A DNA stretch of 64,000 nt from Calditrichia bacterium. GTDB taxonomy: Bacteria; Calditrichota; Calditrichia; JAJRVZ01. Position numbers and translations under genes: made by a program. Location: positions 448,001 to 512,000 of the forward strand of contig CAWCNS010000006.1 of NCBI GenBank assembly GCA_963796965.1, in the 5' to 3' direction. Below the pieces are notes generated by a model. It searched no databases. It was not told the DNA's origin and was given only the letters and a program-made list of their open reading frames with translations. Positions 1 through 11,588 of the stretch are shown here, piece by piece. The stretch's first letter is position 1. Each line of letters starts with the position of its first letter.

Positions 1-1079
1 CGGGATCCGGGCAGATCAGGCCTGAAGTTCAGGTGAAGGTAAGTGCCCGGGTTGCCGGAAAGATTCTGAAGTTACATGCAGAAGAAGGTGACCGGGTAAA
101 AAAAGGAAAGTTACTGGTTGAACTGGACCAGGAACAATACCTCGCTTCTCTTGAACGAACAGAATCCACCTTGTTATCAATGAAAGCAAACGAGAAAAAA
201 TTGAAGAGTGAATTGATTCGTTCAAAAGATCTCAGGGACAAGGGTTTAATGTCAGATGCCGAATTTGAAGCAGTGGAAGCATCATATGAAGCTGCGATTA
301 GCAATACGCGGCAGGCCCAGGCTTCTGTTAAAGAAGCAAAAGATGCCCTGGCGAAGACACGTCTGCATGCTGATATGGATGGTATCGTAACGTTGCTAAA
401 TAAGGAGGAAGGTGAAATTGCCCTCGGCGCTCAGTTTCAGGAAGATGTAATAATGATTGTTGCCGATCTGAAACGAATGGAAGCAGCAATAGAAGTTGAT
501 GAAAATGACGTTATTAATGTTTCCTTAGGGGATACTTCAGAAGTTGAGATAGATGCATTTGTAGATACGACCTTTAAGGGTATTGTAACACAAATAGCCA
601 ATAGTGCAACAGTAAGGGGATTGGGTACACAGGAGCAGGTTACTAATTTTGAGGTAACAGTTGCTCTATTGGATTATAATGAACGCTTTAGGCCCGGAAT
701 GAGCACAACTGTTGATATTATAACAGAAACCCAGGCGGATGTACTTAAGGTGCCTATACAAGCAATTACGGTTCGGCCCAAAGAAAAGCTTGATAAAAAA
801 CCAGGTGTAGAGGAGCATGAATCTGATGAGGTTGTGGAAAAAAAGGATCAAAAAAAGCCTGAAATGATAGAAGTAGCTTTTTGTGTTGAAGATAATAAAT
901 CTGTTAAGAAACCAGTTAAACTTGGCATTTCAGATGATACCCATTACGTGGTCCTATCAGGTCTTGAGGAAGGGGAAAGCGTAATTACGGGTCCTTTTAG
1001 AGTTTTAAGCCGTACACTTAAAGATGATGATCTTATTGAGTTTGAAGAAAAACAAAAGGAAAATAAAGATGCTAATTGA
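1..1079 (+). CDS. Efflux periplasmic adaptor (MacA/HlyD-like membrane fusion protein), 5'-truncated by the window edge
   Basis: Lipoyl-like 'V.ARVAGKI..L...[13 protein letters not shown]', a coiled coil and '[11 protein letters not shown]'; precedes an ABC ATPase and two permeases. Confidence 0.9.
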   Translation, partial: GSGQIRPEVQVKVSARVAGKILKLHAEEGDRVKKGKLLVELDQEQYLASLERTESTLLSMKANEKKLKSELIRSKDLRDKGLMSDAEFEAVEASYEAAISNTRQAQASVKEAKDALAKTRLHADMDGIVTLLNKEEGEIALGAQFQEDVIMIVADLKRMEAAIEVDENDVINVSLGDTSEVEIDAFVDTTFKGIVTQIANSATVRGLGTQEQVTNFEVTVALLDYNERFRPGMSTTVDIITETQADVLKVPIQAITVRPKEKLDKKPGVEEHESDEVVEKKDQKKPEMIEVAFCVEDNKSVKKPVKLGISDDTHYVVLSGLEEGESVITGPFRVLSRTLKDDDLIEFEEKQKENKDAN

Positions 1080-1773
1080 TGTACAAGATTTGAAGAAAAC
1101 TTATCAGTTGGGTGATATTGAAGTGCCGGCTGTAAGAGGCATCAATATGTCGATTGAAAAAAATGAATATCTTGCAATCATGGGGCCATCGGGTTCAGGA
1201 AAATCAACATTAATGAATATAATCGGTTGCCTTGATGTTCCATCTGAGGGAAGTTATATCCTGGATTCTAAAGATGTGAGTAAGATGAATGATGACGAGC
1301 TGGCTGAAATACGCAATCGCAAGATTGGGTTTGTTTTTCAAACCTTTAACTTGTTACCCCGTGCAGATGCTCTTCATAATGTGGAATTGCCTCTTATATA
1401 CAGTGGTACACCCCGCACAAGTCGGCGGCAGTTGGCTGAGCAGGCTCTTGAAAAAGTTGGTCTCTCTGACCGGATGCATCATAAACCAAGTGAACTTTCT
1501 GGTGGGCAACGACAAAGGGTAGCCATCGCCAGAGCATTGGTAAATGATCCAGCCATCATTCTTGCTGATGAACCGACAGGAAATCTTGATTCCAAGACGG
1601 GCGAAGAAATCATGGAGATTTTTGAACAATTACATAGTGGTGGAAATACCATAATTCTGATAACCCATGAAGAGTACATTGCAAAACATAGCAATCGCGT
1701 TGTACGTCTTTTGGATGGGTTGATTCAGTCAGATGACAAAAAACCCAATGAGACAAGAAAAAATGAACTATAA
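1069..1773 (+). CDS. ABC transporter ATP-binding protein (MacB/LolD-like)
   Basis: Walker [10 protein letters not shown], signature [15 protein letters not shown], Walker [12 protein letters not shown]; likely start is ATG 1069. Confidence 0.95.
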   Translation: MLIDVQDLKKTYQLGDIEVPAVRGINMSIEKNEYLAIMGPSGSGKSTLMNIIGCLDVPSEGSYILDSKDVSKMNDDELAEIRNRKIGFVFQTFNLLPRADALHNVELPLIYSGTPRTSRRQLAEQALEKVGLSDRMHHKPSELSGGQRQRVAIARALVNDPAIILADEPTGNLDSKTGEEIMEIFEQLHSGGNTIILITHEEYIAKHSNRVVRLLDGLIQSDDKKPNETRKNEL

Positions 1774-2992
1774 GTTTTCGCTAATATCAGAATACTTCAT
1801 CATGGCATGGACGGCCCTAAAGGCCAATAAGTTGCGCTCTGTTTTAACAACCCTGGGTATTCTAATCGGTGTCACCACTATTATTACCATTTTTACAACT
1901 ATTCAGGGATTAAATGAATATGTTATTGGGCAGTTATCCAATATTGGTTCTTCAACCGTATATGTTGAAAAATGGCCCTGGGTTATAAGGGGAGATTTCT
2001 GGAAATATCGAAATCGAAAAAATGTTACTCATAAAGAGTTTGAAGCATTAGAAAAATATTCAAAACAGGCAGATTTTATTGCTCCAGCTATTATGACTTT
2101 TAAAACTGTGAAATATAAAAGTGAGGTATATGAAAGAGTTCCTGTTGTTGGTACAAATGATCAGTATAATGAAACAGATAATGTTTTACCTGTCACCGGC
2201 CGGTTTCTTACATCCATGGATGTGCACCGAAACCACAAGGTATGCGTTTTAGGTGATGATGTTGCAACCAATTTGTTTAAAGATGAGTCTCCCATTGGCA
2301 AAAGGATAAAAGTAGGACCTGATAAATATCGGGTTATAGGGGTAAATGAAAAAAGGGGTAAAGTCTTTGGGCAAAGCATGGATAATTATGTGATTGTCCC
2401 GTATGGAACATTCCAGGGTGCCTTTAGCCGACATCGAGGGATGCGCATTTCTATGACGGTTAAAGATGTAAGCAAGTTGGAAGAAATGAAAGACGAGATC
2501 CGTGGAATCATGCGTAAAACCCGTAAAATTCCTCCGGACGGAGATGACGATTTCGCAATAAATCAACAGGATCAATTGACCCAACTTTATAAAGATATTA
2601 CCGGTACATTATTTGCGATTATATTTGTTATTGGTGGGACTTCTTTGCTTGTTGGTGGAATAGGCATTACAAATATCATGCTCGTAAGTGTTACCGAGCG
2701 AACTCGTGAAATAGGTATACGAAAAGCGATAGGAGCGAAACGAAAGAACATATTGTCTCAGTTTATTCTAGAATCAGTTGCCATTGCCTCAATTGGAGGG
2801 GTTATTGGTATAATTCTAGGATACTTTGGAGGGAGTATGGTATTATCCCAAATGGAATTGGTCACGGGGGTAAGTATCGCCTCAATTCTCGTTGGTTTTG
2901 GATTTTCAGCTTTTACAGGTATTGCTGCTGGTTTTTATCCAGCCTGGAAAGCAGCAAAAATGAATCCCATTGATGCTTTACATTATGAATGA
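1763..2992 (+). CDS. MacB/FtsX-family ABC permease
   Basis: '[13 protein letters not shown]', '[28 protein letters not shown]', 'P..AL.YE'. Confidence 0.93.
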   Translation: MNYKFSLISEYFIMAWTALKANKLRSVLTTLGILIGVTTIITIFTTIQGLNEYVIGQLSNIGSSTVYVEKWPWVIRGDFWKYRNRKNVTHKEFEALEKYSKQADFIAPAIMTFKTVKYKSEVYERVPVVGTNDQYNETDNVLPVTGRFLTSMDVHRNHKVCVLGDDVATNLFKDESPIGKRIKVGPDKYRVIGVNEKRGKVFGQSMDNYVIVPYGTFQGAFSRHRGMRISMTVKDVSKLEEMKDEIRGIMRKTRKIPPDGDDDFAINQQDQLTQLYKDITGTLFAIIFVIGGTSLLVGGIGITNIMLVSVTERTREIGIRKAIGAKRKNILSQFILESVAIASIGGVIGIILGYFGGSMVLSQMELVTGVSIASILVGFGFSAFTGIAAGFYPAWKAAKMNPIDALHYE

Positions 2993-3003
2993 TTTAATTA
3001 CTC

Positions 3004-4233
3004 ATGAACATTAATCTATTAGAAAATCTACAGGTTGCCTGGATACAATTAAAATCCAGTAAACTAAGATCGGTCCTTACAACCTTAGGGATTACCATTG
3101 GTATTGCTACGGTTATCTTTATTGTCGCAATTCTTGAGGGATACAATCTTAGTATCACGGAGGATATGCAAGGACTTGGTGCTAATGTTTTCCAGGTAGA
3201 AAAATACGATCGTGGTGGTGGTTTTGATCATCGACGGCGGGATGTAAGAAAAGATTTGAAAAAAGAATATGCTGAAATTCTCAGGGAACAATGTTCGGCG
3301 GTAAAGTTTATTGGGGCCGAGGTTTGGAATTATGGCATTTCCTTTCGCTATAAAGATAAAAAAACAAACCCAACCTATCGTTTAGGTGGAGGAGAGCCAG
3401 AATACTTTTATAATAATGCTGAGCCGGTAGACAGGGGGCGGATTATATCTCGCTCTGATGTGTTATCCAACGCCAAGGTTACGGTGATTGCCACAGACAT
3501 TGTTGAAGATTTATTTCCATTTGAGGATCCCATAGGAAAGGAAATTAAAATTGCGGGTATAAAGTTCCGGGTTATTGGTACCTTTGAAGATCTGGGATCC
3601 AAAACCTTTGGTCAGAGTGCAAATAACAGAGCGATTATCCCCATAACAACTTTTGAAGACCTTTTTGGGAAATACCGATCCGTTTATCTTACTATACAAG
3701 CGGTAGACGCTGCCAGTATTGATGATGCGAAGAATCAAGTCATTGGCGTTCTGCGAAAAATACGAAAAATTCCGCCAGGAGAACCAAATGATTTTGAAAT
3801 ATGGAGTAATGACTCATTAGTCGAATCATTTCAAAATACAGCAGGGATGATTCAACTGGTTGCTGTTTTGATAGGAATGATTTCACTTTTGGTGGGTAGT
3901 ATCGGTGTTATGAATATTATGCTTGTGACCGTAACCGAACGGACCAGGGAAATAGGAATCCGTAAAGCAGTGGGAGCAAAAAGACAGGCCATTTTAGTTC
4001 AATTTCTCAATGAATCTGTCTTTTTGAGCCTTATTGGTGGTTTTTTTGGTGTTTTGATTGGTTTTCTTTTAGCATTTTTCATATCGTCAGCTTTTAGCAT
4101 CCCATTTGCTGTTCCCATGTGGGCGGTTTTTTCAGCTTTAATCGTTACATCGGTTGTCGGGCTTATTGCTGGTATATATCCGGCTGCCAAAGCTTCCAAA
4201 TTAGATCCCATTGTTGCCCTTCGCTATGAGTAG
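3004..4233 (+). CDS. MacB/FtsX-family ABC permease (second paralogue)
   Basis: '[28 protein letters not shown]', 'YPAAKASKLDPIVALRYE'. Confidence 0.93.
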   Translation: MNINLLENLQVAWIQLKSSKLRSVLTTLGITIGIATVIFIVAILEGYNLSITEDMQGLGANVFQVEKYDRGGGFDHRRRDVRKDLKKEYAEILREQCSAVKFIGAEVWNYGISFRYKDKKTNPTYRLGGGEPEYFYNNAEPVDRGRIISRSDVLSNAKVTVIATDIVEDLFPFEDPIGKEIKIAGIKFRVIGTFEDLGSKTFGQSANNRAIIPITTFEDLFGKYRSVYLTIQAVDAASIDDAKNQVIGVLRKIRKIPPGEPNDFEIWSNDSLVESFQNTAGMIQLVAVLIGMISLLVGSIGVMNIMLVTVTERTREIGIRKAVGAKRQAILVQFLNESVFLSLIGGFFGVLIGFLLAFFISSAFSIPFAVPMWAVFSALIVTSVVGLIAGIYPAAKASKLDPIVALRYE

Positions 4234-4256
4234 ACGTCCCACCGGGACGTCTCTAC
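4232..4256 (-). repeat. GTAG-type REP-like palindrome
   Basis: The minus strand reads GTAG-AGACGTCCC-GGT-GGGACGTCT; the same arms recur at 15135-15181. Confidence 0.7.
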
Positions 4257-4370
4257 ATGCAAATCATTCAATAACTGCCCTCGCAACCTTTTTATATTTT
4301 GTCATGAATTTTTCTCCTCCTTTTATCTATAATACATTTTTTTTAAATTGGGCCTTCATCCGGAGGTCTC

Positions 4371-5877
4371 ATGAAGCGTCTCAATGATTGGCTTTGGTTG
4401 CCGGCAGTTATTTTTTTGGTATTAGCATTAATATATGGGATCCGGCAACCGGAAAACACATCACAAGTACATTATGGCATTTATTCGCTCTTCCCGGCGA
4501 TTGTAACTCTTTTCTTATGTTTTTATACAAAAAATGTTATTCTGGCTTTATTTACAGGGATTGTCGTTGGTGGTTTGATTACTGCAGAATATAATATCCT
4601 CAATGCATTCCTTTTCCCAAGTTTAGGAAGTGAAAAATATGCCAAAATTTTATTGGTTTATTTGTGGGCCTTGGGAGGTCTTATAGGTATCTGGAATAAA
4701 AACGGAGGTGCTTTATATTTTGCTAATTGGGTGGGGGAAAATTTTGTACATAATCGAAAAACAGCCAAATTATTTGCATGGTTTATGGGGATTGTCTTCC
4801 ATCAGGGCGGAACGGTTAGTACTGTTTTAACCGGTACGACTGTCAAACCGATAACAGACAGGGAAAATGTCTCACATGAAGAGCTCTCCTATATTGTTGA
4901 TTCAACAGCCTCACCTATCGCTACACTCATACCACTAAATGCTTGGCCGGCTTATATCGGAGGTCTGGTGGCTATTGCCTCAATTCAAAGCCATATTCCC
5001 AATGAAGAAGCAGGCATCTCATATTTTTTAAAGGCCATTCCCTTTAATTTTTACGCCATTTTTGCAGTTTTATTTACATTCCTCATCTCTATTGACAAAT
5101 TACCTTTTATGGGTAAACAGATGCGGGCAGCAATAAATCGTGTAAAATCAACAGGAGAACTTGATCGGCCTGGTGCCAAGCCAATGCTAAGTAAGGAAAT
5201 TGAAACAACATCTGTTCCGGATTATTATAAACCGGCGCTAGTTGATTTTGTGGTTCCTATAGGAACATTAATAAGCGTTGCAATTATCCCATGGATGATT
5301 ACTGGTACGATTTATATTTTCGAGGCTTTTGGACTTTCAGTTGTTGCTGGAATTTTAATGAGTTTGTTTCGGGGGATGAGGCTGGACGATGTTTTTGAAG
5401 GGCTTGTTGATGGCATTAAAGGCGTAACAGTAGGGGCGATTATACTTGGTCTTGCTGTGACTCTCGGAAATGTTTCTGAGCGTCTTGGAACATCATATTA
5501 TATTATAGAAATGACCAGAGATTTTATCATTCTTGTTCCCTATATCTTGCCGCCAATTTTATTATTTATATGTATGTTCATTTCCTTTTCTATCGGAAGT
5601 TCATGGGGTACTTATGCTGTTGTATTTCCCATTGCCATACCGTTAGCTGATATCAATAAGTCCGGATCCATTTTACATTACCCTGAATTTTGCATCAATA
5701 ATGGGAGGTTCTGTATTTGGAGACCAGTGCTCCCCAATTTCAGATACGACCATATTGTCAGCAATGGTATCTGGCGCAGATCTGATGGACCATGTTAATA
5801 CGCAGCTCCCTCTTGCCTTAATTGCGGCCAGTTTTGCGGCTGCTCTTTATTTGGTAATCAGTTACAGTATCTTTTGA
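4371..5877 (+). CDS. NhaC-family Na+/H+ antiporter-like transporter (frameshift near 5649)
   Basis: 'LSYIVDSTASP', many TM helices; the shifted frame continues 'GSVFGDQCSPISDTTILS..SGADLMDHVNTQLP' to TGA 5875-5877. Confidence 0.85.
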
Positions 5878-6268
5878 CTTCTTTAAGTTTGCCTGTCTCG
5901 AGAAATAAAGTATATCTTGTTTTATATGATATACCATAAGTATCTGGTTAAAATTCAGATATGGATAAATAAACACCGGAATATAAATTTATTTTGTAAG
6001 TTCCCTCTGTTGGGATTTAAATTAAAGGACTTACCCTTGCCAAAGGCATTCCTTCGGGAAAGACCCTTTCTTGAAGAACAGATAGACTGTGGTGTGGCCT
6101 TTCTCATCCTTATGAGGAGGGGTTTGGGGAGGAGTTTTTAGTTCTTACGTTTAGTGCTAAATATAAAACAGATAGGCATGCTGATATACTATTTATAATT
6201 GACAAATTCAATGGTGAGAGGCGATCAATCGCGTTTCGAGAGGTAAATAAATTTAAGCGAAATTAAAT

Positions 6269-7705
6269 ATGAGAGAATCATTAAAAAATAATCTGGAGAA
6301 ATTATACCTGGACTGGTCGGGTGAAAAAGTGCAGGTAATAGAATCTTTGCCAGCGCACGGGTCTTCTCGTGAATATTATAGGATTAAGAGTAATTCCCAA
6401 AAAGCAATTGGTGTCTATAACGAGGATAAGGCTGAAAATATAGCATTTTTGGAATTTTCGAAACATTTTTATCGTGCTAGCCTCCCGGTTCCGCAAATAT
6501 TTTCTGAAGATCTTTCAAAGGATATCTATTTGGAAGAGGATCTTGGTGATGAGACGTTGTATTCTTATCTAATTAAAATGAGGGAAAAAGAAGACTTTTC
6601 AGAGAAGATAATTGCTGTTTATGAAAATGTTGTTACAATATTGCCAAAGTTTCAAATAATTGGGGCCAAAGACTTAGATTATAAAGTCTGTTATCCAAGG
6701 CATAGTTTTGATAAACAATCTATGATGTGGGATCTTAATTATTTCAAGTATTATTTCCTGAAGTTGGCTAAAATTCCATTTGATGAACAAAAGTTGGAAG
6801 ACGATTTCGAAAAATTCACAAACTTTCTTCTCTCAGCTGAAAGAGAATTTTTTCTATACCGTGATTTCCAATCAAGAAATGTTATGCTTGTTGACGGTAT
6901 GCCCTATTTCATAGATTATCAGGGTGGTCGGAAGGGCGCTTTGCATTATGATCTGGCCTCTCTTCTCTATGATGCTAAAGCAAATATTCCTCAAGAAGTT
7001 CGAAACCATTTGCTTGATAAATATATTGAATCATTAAAACAATATATTTCTGTAGATAAGGATTCATTTATTGAATACTACAATGGCTATGTCTATATAC
7101 GAATAATGCAAGCGTTAGGAGCTTATGGTTTTAGAGGTTTTTATGAGCGAAAGTCACATTTTTTAAAAAGTGTTCCCTATGCAATCCGAAATTTGGAAGT
7201 ATTACTTCAAACAGTACGTTTACCAATTGAACTCCCGGCATTAGTTGATGCCTGGGGAAGACTCGTCCGCTCTACATTCCTCAGACAACTAGGAGACGTT
7301 GAGTTGCGCCTAACAGCCCGGATTCAAAGTTTTTCATATAAACGAGGTATTCCCTGGGACGATAGAGGCCATGGGGGAGGATTTGTCTTTGATTGCAGGG
7401 CTTTACCAAATCCGGGTCGATACCCTGAATATGCACAATCTACAGGAAACGATCAGGTTGTAATCGATTTCTTTTCAAAGGAAAAGGATGTAGATATATT
7501 TTTGAATAATATTTTCAATATTTTGGATCAATCGGTTAGTAATTATAAGAATAGAAATTTTACGGATTTAATGATTGCTTTTGGTTGTACAGGGGGACAA
7601 CATAGATCGGTCTACTGTGCCAATCGGATAAGCGAATATCTGAAAGAAAAACACGATATTAGCATTGATTTAAGACACCGTGAACAGGAAATGCAAAGGC
7701 CCTAG
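6269..7705 (+). CDS. AmgK-like anomeric MurNAc/GlcNAc kinase (APH fold) fused to a RapZ C-terminal domain
   Basis: 'GSSREYYR', 'YRDFQSRNVM', 'IDYQGG'; C-terminal 'SFSYKRGIP..FVFDCRALPNP..GCTGGQHRSV'. Confidence 0.85.
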   Translation: MRESLKNNLEKLYLDWSGEKVQVIESLPAHGSSREYYRIKSNSQKAIGVYNEDKAENIAFLEFSKHFYRASLPVPQIFSEDLSKDIYLEEDLGDETLYSYLIKMREKEDFSEKIIAVYENVVTILPKFQIIGAKDLDYKVCYPRHSFDKQSMMWDLNYFKYYFLKLAKIPFDEQKLEDDFEKFTNFLLSAEREFFLYRDFQSRNVMLVDGMPYFIDYQGGRKGALHYDLASLLYDAKANIPQEVRNHLLDKYIESLKQYISVDKDSFIEYYNGYVYIRIMQALGAYGFRGFYERKSHFLKSVPYAIRNLEVLLQTVRLPIELPALVDAWGRLVRSTFLRQLGDVELRLTARIQSFSYKRGIPWDDRGHGGGFVFDCRALPNPGRYPEYAQSTGNDQVVIDFFSKEKDVDIFLNNIFNILDQSVSNYKNRNFTDLMIAFGCTGGQHRSVYCANRISEYLKEKHDISIDLRHREQEMQRP

Positions 7706-7708
7706 TTG

Positions 7709-8443
7709 ATGAAAGCGATGATACTCGCCGCCGGTTTAGGCACAAGACTCTGGCCTTTCACGGAAAAAATGCCGAAAGCCCTTCTTCCTCTTAATGACAA
7801 ACCTTTACTGTTCCATATAATTCAAAAGCTCAAGCAAATAGGTGTGAGGGATATAATTATAAATGTATTTCATCATGCCGATCAAATTATTAACTATCTC
7901 AAGGAAAATAATAATTTTGGCATCACAATTAAAATTGCCTGGGAAGAAGAACTTCTTGACACAGGTGGTGGGCTAAAAAACGTATCATATTTTTTTGATG
8001 ATAACCAACCCTTCCTTTTACATAATGTTGATGTAATTTCTTCCATTGATCTAACGGCGATGCTTAATCATCATATTGACCAGCAAAACCTGGTAACATT
8101 GGCGGTAAAAAAAAGGAAAACTTCCCGTTATCTTTTGTTTGATTCCCAAGAGGAACTCGTTGGATGGAAATCTGTCGCAACGAAGGAGACTCAATTATCG
8201 CGAAAATTTCAAGGAATTCCGGAAGAATTGTCATTCCTAGGGATTCATATCCTTTCGCCTGAAATTTTTGATTATTTTTCTGAAACCGGGGCCTTCTCAA
8301 TAATCAAAGCTTATTTAAGATTAAGTGCAGATCAAAAACAAATTGGTGCTTTTCGCTGTGATAGCAAAGAATGGTTTGATTTAGGACGCAAGGAAAATAT
8401 TGAACCTGCAACGGATTATCTTCTGGATATAAGCAATAAATAA
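7709..8443 (+). CDS. MurU-like nucleotidyltransferase
   Basis: 'MKAMILAAGLGTRL.P.T..PKAL', 'ELLDTGGGL'; directly follows the AmgK-like gene. Confidence 0.85.
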   Translation: MKAMILAAGLGTRLWPFTEKMPKALLPLNDKPLLFHIIQKLKQIGVRDIIINVFHHADQIINYLKENNNFGITIKIAWEEELLDTGGGLKNVSYFFDDNQPFLLHNVDVISSIDLTAMLNHHIDQQNLVTLAVKKRKTSRYLLFDSQEELVGWKSVATKETQLSRKFQGIPEELSFLGIHILSPEIFDYFSETGAFSIIKAYLRLSADQKQIGAFRCDSKEWFDLGRKENIEPATDYLLDISNK

Positions 8444-8559
8444 TTTGTAAAATACAAAATTTAGTATGTGACATCTCAAGATGCATAAAGGTCTATAGAA
8501 AAAGATATCTGAGGGCCTGGTTAACAACTGAGTTTATTGGTAAAGAGAAGGCAGTTATT

Positions 8560-9492
8560 ATGGATAAATTATTCAAAGTAGGTCATTTTACAGATAAGAA
8601 AAACATTACGGGATGTACTGTTATATTGTGCCCTCCCGAAACGGTTGCGTCAGTTCACATTTGTGGATCAGCGCCGGGCTCCCGGGAAACAGCGTTATTG
8701 TCTCCTGAAAAAAAAACAAATGAAATTCATGCCCTTCTGTTAACCGGGGGTAGCGCATTTGGTCTTGGTGCAGCGCAGGGAATTATGAATTATCTGGAGG
8801 AAAGAAATATAGGATATCAAACCGGATTTGGCGTAGTGCCCCTAGTTCCAGCTGCGGTAATTTATGATTTGAATATAGGAAATCCGAAAGCACGACCGGA
8901 GATTGACAATGCTTATCAGGCTTGTATAGATGCAAAAAATGATTTTCAAGAAGAGGGATCCGTGGGGGCCGGGACCGGCGCTACAGTAGGTAAGTGGGCC
9001 GGGATTTCAGCAGGCATGAAGGGTGGACTAGGTCTTGCAACCTCCGAACTACAGGGGGCTTGGGTCACAGCACTTGCTGTTGTAAATGCTGTTGGGGACA
9101 TTTTGAAGGAAAATGGGGAAATAATAGCCGGTGCTCTCGATAATGATGGAAAGTTTGTGGCAGAAAAACATAAAAATAGCCGCTGGAACAAACCAGAAAT
9201 AGGTTTTTCGGAGAATACCGTTATATGTGCGTTGTTAACGAATGTCGTAATGACAAAGCTAGAGTGTAATATCCTTGCTCGTAGGGCGCAAAGTGGATTA
9301 GCAAGGGCTGTAATCCCGGCTTCAACCAGTTATGATGGTGATGCCATTTTTACTCTGTCCACATGTACTACAAAATCAGAACTTGAAGTTATTTATGAAA
9401 TGGCTACAGAAACCCTGCGTCGTTCAATTGTGTCTGCTGTAGAAAAGGCGGAAAGTTTGGGAGGATATCTGGCGGTAAAAGATATAATATAA
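8560..9492 (+). CDS. P1/S58 (DmpA-like) peptidase
   Basis: 'GSAPGSRET', 'LTGGSAFGL', 'GSVGAGTGATVGK', 'DGDAIF'. Confidence 0.9.
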   Translation: MDKLFKVGHFTDKKNITGCTVILCPPETVASVHICGSAPGSRETALLSPEKKTNEIHALLLTGGSAFGLGAAQGIMNYLEERNIGYQTGFGVVPLVPAAVIYDLNIGNPKARPEIDNAYQACIDAKNDFQEEGSVGAGTGATVGKWAGISAGMKGGLGLATSELQGAWVTALAVVNAVGDILKENGEIIAGALDNDGKFVAEKHKNSRWNKPEIGFSENTVICALLTNVVMTKLECNILARRAQSGLARAVIPASTSYDGDAIFTLSTCTTKSELEVIYEMATETLRRSIVSAVEKAESLGGYLAVKDII

Positions 9493-9500
9493 AGGTCTTC

Positions 9501-10082
9501 ATGCAATCATTTTTAGCTGTTTTTTATAGTATTAATCTTCAGATATTCTTTATTTCTGCTTTATTATTTTTTATCGGATATGCTTTAGCTCCAACGGTGT
9601 ATTATAAAAAGATCAAATGGCTTACCGCATATCCTTTTTATATCATTAAGTTAATGGATACTTTCTTTAAACGGAAACATCATCCCATTAAGATCTTTAT
9701 CATAATATTTACTTTAAATACAGTCTCTCTGTTGATAAATCTACTTTCGGCCTGGGCGGTTATTTTACCATTCTTGCTTGTAATATATTTAGGGGTAAAT
9801 ATAGGGGTAGTAATGTACCATAGTTTAGAAGGGAGATTTTACTATCTCGGTTTGCTAAATCCGGTCGCAATGCTTGAACTTCCGGCAGCATGGCTTAGTA
9901 TCGCCATGTCCATTCAGTTTAGTCTGACACACTTTTTTAATAACTCAGAGTTAGCCGTATTAGAGTTTTCAACCTATCTGCTTCACTTCCTCTATACAAT
10001 AATTCCAATATTATTTTTAGCCGGGATTATTGAAACAATATTAATATCAAAAACAAAAAAAAATCAGGATCTGGGTGATTAA
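9501..10082 (+). CDS. SpoIIM-like integral membrane protein
   Basis: Multiple TM helices with 'P.A.LELPA' and 'AGIIET' motifs. Confidence 0.6.
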   Translation: MQSFLAVFYSINLQIFFISALLFFIGYALAPTVYYKKIKWLTAYPFYIIKLMDTFFKRKHHPIKIFIIIFTLNTVSLLINLLSAWAVILPFLLVIYLGVNIGVVMYHSLEGRFYYLGLLNPVAMLELPAAWLSIAMSIQFSLTHFFNNSELAVLEFSTYLLHFLYTIIPILFLAGIIETILISKTKKNQDLGD

Positions 10083-11587
10083 CTAGAACGCAAGAGCAAT
10101 ATGATTTCCTTTAGTGTTAGTTTTTTACCATACATTAATATTCCCATTCTAAATATTTTTGCGGCAAAAAATACCATACCCACAATCGAAACCACTAAAA
10201 TAATACTGGTAACGTATATATCTCTTGCGATAGGGATACCATATTGTGCAATTTTTAGTATCATAAAATAGGGTGTAAGAAGGGGAATATAGCTAAGAAT
10301 GGTAATAACAGAAGACTCTGGTTCACGAAGAAAAAGAAATACAAGCAATACGGGTATAATGGCAATTGTTCGTAAAATAATATTGACCTGCTGAGCCTCC
10401 TGCTCCGAAGAGAAAATCGCGCCAATAGCGACAAAGATTGCAGCATATAGCAAATAACCCAAAGAGAAATAATGTAAAAAGAAGAATGCATTCTCCAGGT
10501 TAAGATAAGCAATTTGTCCAGCTTGAAATAAATTGAAAAACACAAAAATAGCTGTAATAACCAGCCAGATTAACACTTGCATAAGTCCTAATAATCCTAA
10601 ACCAAAAATCTTACCAGCCATGATTTGAAGACTACTGGCATAGCTTAATAGAATTTCGATGACACGATTTGTTTTCTCCGATAAAACACTACTGAATAAA
10701 AATCCACCCGAAGTAAATATGGCCATAAATAAAAGGACAACCCCAATAACCGCCCCATAAAACTCAACATAAAAATCCCATTCAGCCGGTCCCTGAGAGC
10801 GAAGTTGATATTTTCTTAAACGTAGAGGTTTTAACCATTGAGATATCTGTTTATGCTCAAAGTCTGCCTCTCTCAGACGGGATTGTATGACAACCTCATT
10901 TATTATCTTCTGTATGCGTTCAGAATCAATTAACTCACCCGGATTTAGTGAATGATATTCAAAAAATCCAAGTCTGTCCACATTTTGCGGAATTACAAGA
11001 TAAGCATTGAGAATTTTTTTAAATAATAATGAGTCTGCCGCCAGGCGGGCTTGGGTGTTGAAAACAGAATCTAACTTTACTTTATAGTATTGGTAATCAA
11101 GTTCAGTCAATTCTTTTATTTCACGGGTTCTGATCAAGTCTTCATATGATTTCTGAAGAACATATTGTTTGTTCTGGATAGTTCGGCTCTGATAATAGCG
11201 TTCTCGTCGACTTTTTAGATCAGCATATGTGGCTGTTAAGGAATCAAGTTGGTTTGAAACTTCCTGAAATTCATCGAATGCTATCTTATAGGCAGGAGAA
11301 TTATCAACAGATACCGGTAAAACGATGTATTCAGGAGATCCGGTTTCAAGTTGGTAATATTTATTTAAGTGGTTTTGTAGTTTGTCAATAAAATCGTCCT
11401 TATCAAGATTGACAATGCCGATTAACTTTGTTGAAACGGATTCTTCATAGGTTATCAGATAGACAGGAAATGTTATTAGTAGTGAAAAAAATACGGGAAG
11501 AATAAACGTAGAAAACAAAAAGGATCGCGTCTTAAACCGTGTGAGAAATTCCCATCTGGCAATGTAAAAGATAGTTTTCATAGACAT
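10079..11587 (-). CDS. NatB/YhaP-like ABC-2 permease with a long extracytoplasmic helical insert
   Basis: 'IARWEF.TR.KTRSF', 'EKTNRVIEILLS', 'GKIFG', 'IP..TP'. Confidence 0.85.
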   Translation of the reverse strand: MSMKTIFYIARWEFLTRFKTRSFLFSTFILPVFFSLLITFPVYLITYEESVSTKLIGIVNLDKDDFIDKLQNHLNKYYQLETGSPEYIVLPVSVDNSPAYKIAFDEFQEVSNQLDSLTATYADLKSRRERYYQSRTIQNKQYVLQKSYEDLIRTREIKELTELDYQYYKVKLDSVFNTQARLAADSLLFKKILNAYLVIPQNVDRLGFFEYHSLNPGELIDSERIQKIINEVVIQSRLREADFEHKQISQWLKPLRLRKYQLRSQGPAEWDFYVEFYGAVIGVVLLFMAIFTSGGFLFSSVLSEKTNRVIEILLSYASSLQIMAGKIFGLGLLGLMQVLIWLVITAIFVFFNLFQAGQIAYLNLENAFFFLHYFSLGYLLYAAIFVAIGAIFSSEQEAQQVNIILRTIAIIPVLLVFLFLREPESSVITILSYIPLLTPYFMILKIAQYGIPIARDIYVTSIILVVSIVGMVFFAAKIFRMGILMYGKKLTLKEIILLLRSS

Positions 11588-11588
11588 G

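Noticed and set aside
5917..6141. 74-aa ORF in an intergenic region
   Set aside because: No RBS or motif; it overlaps a degenerate CCCT..AGGG-type repeat remnant
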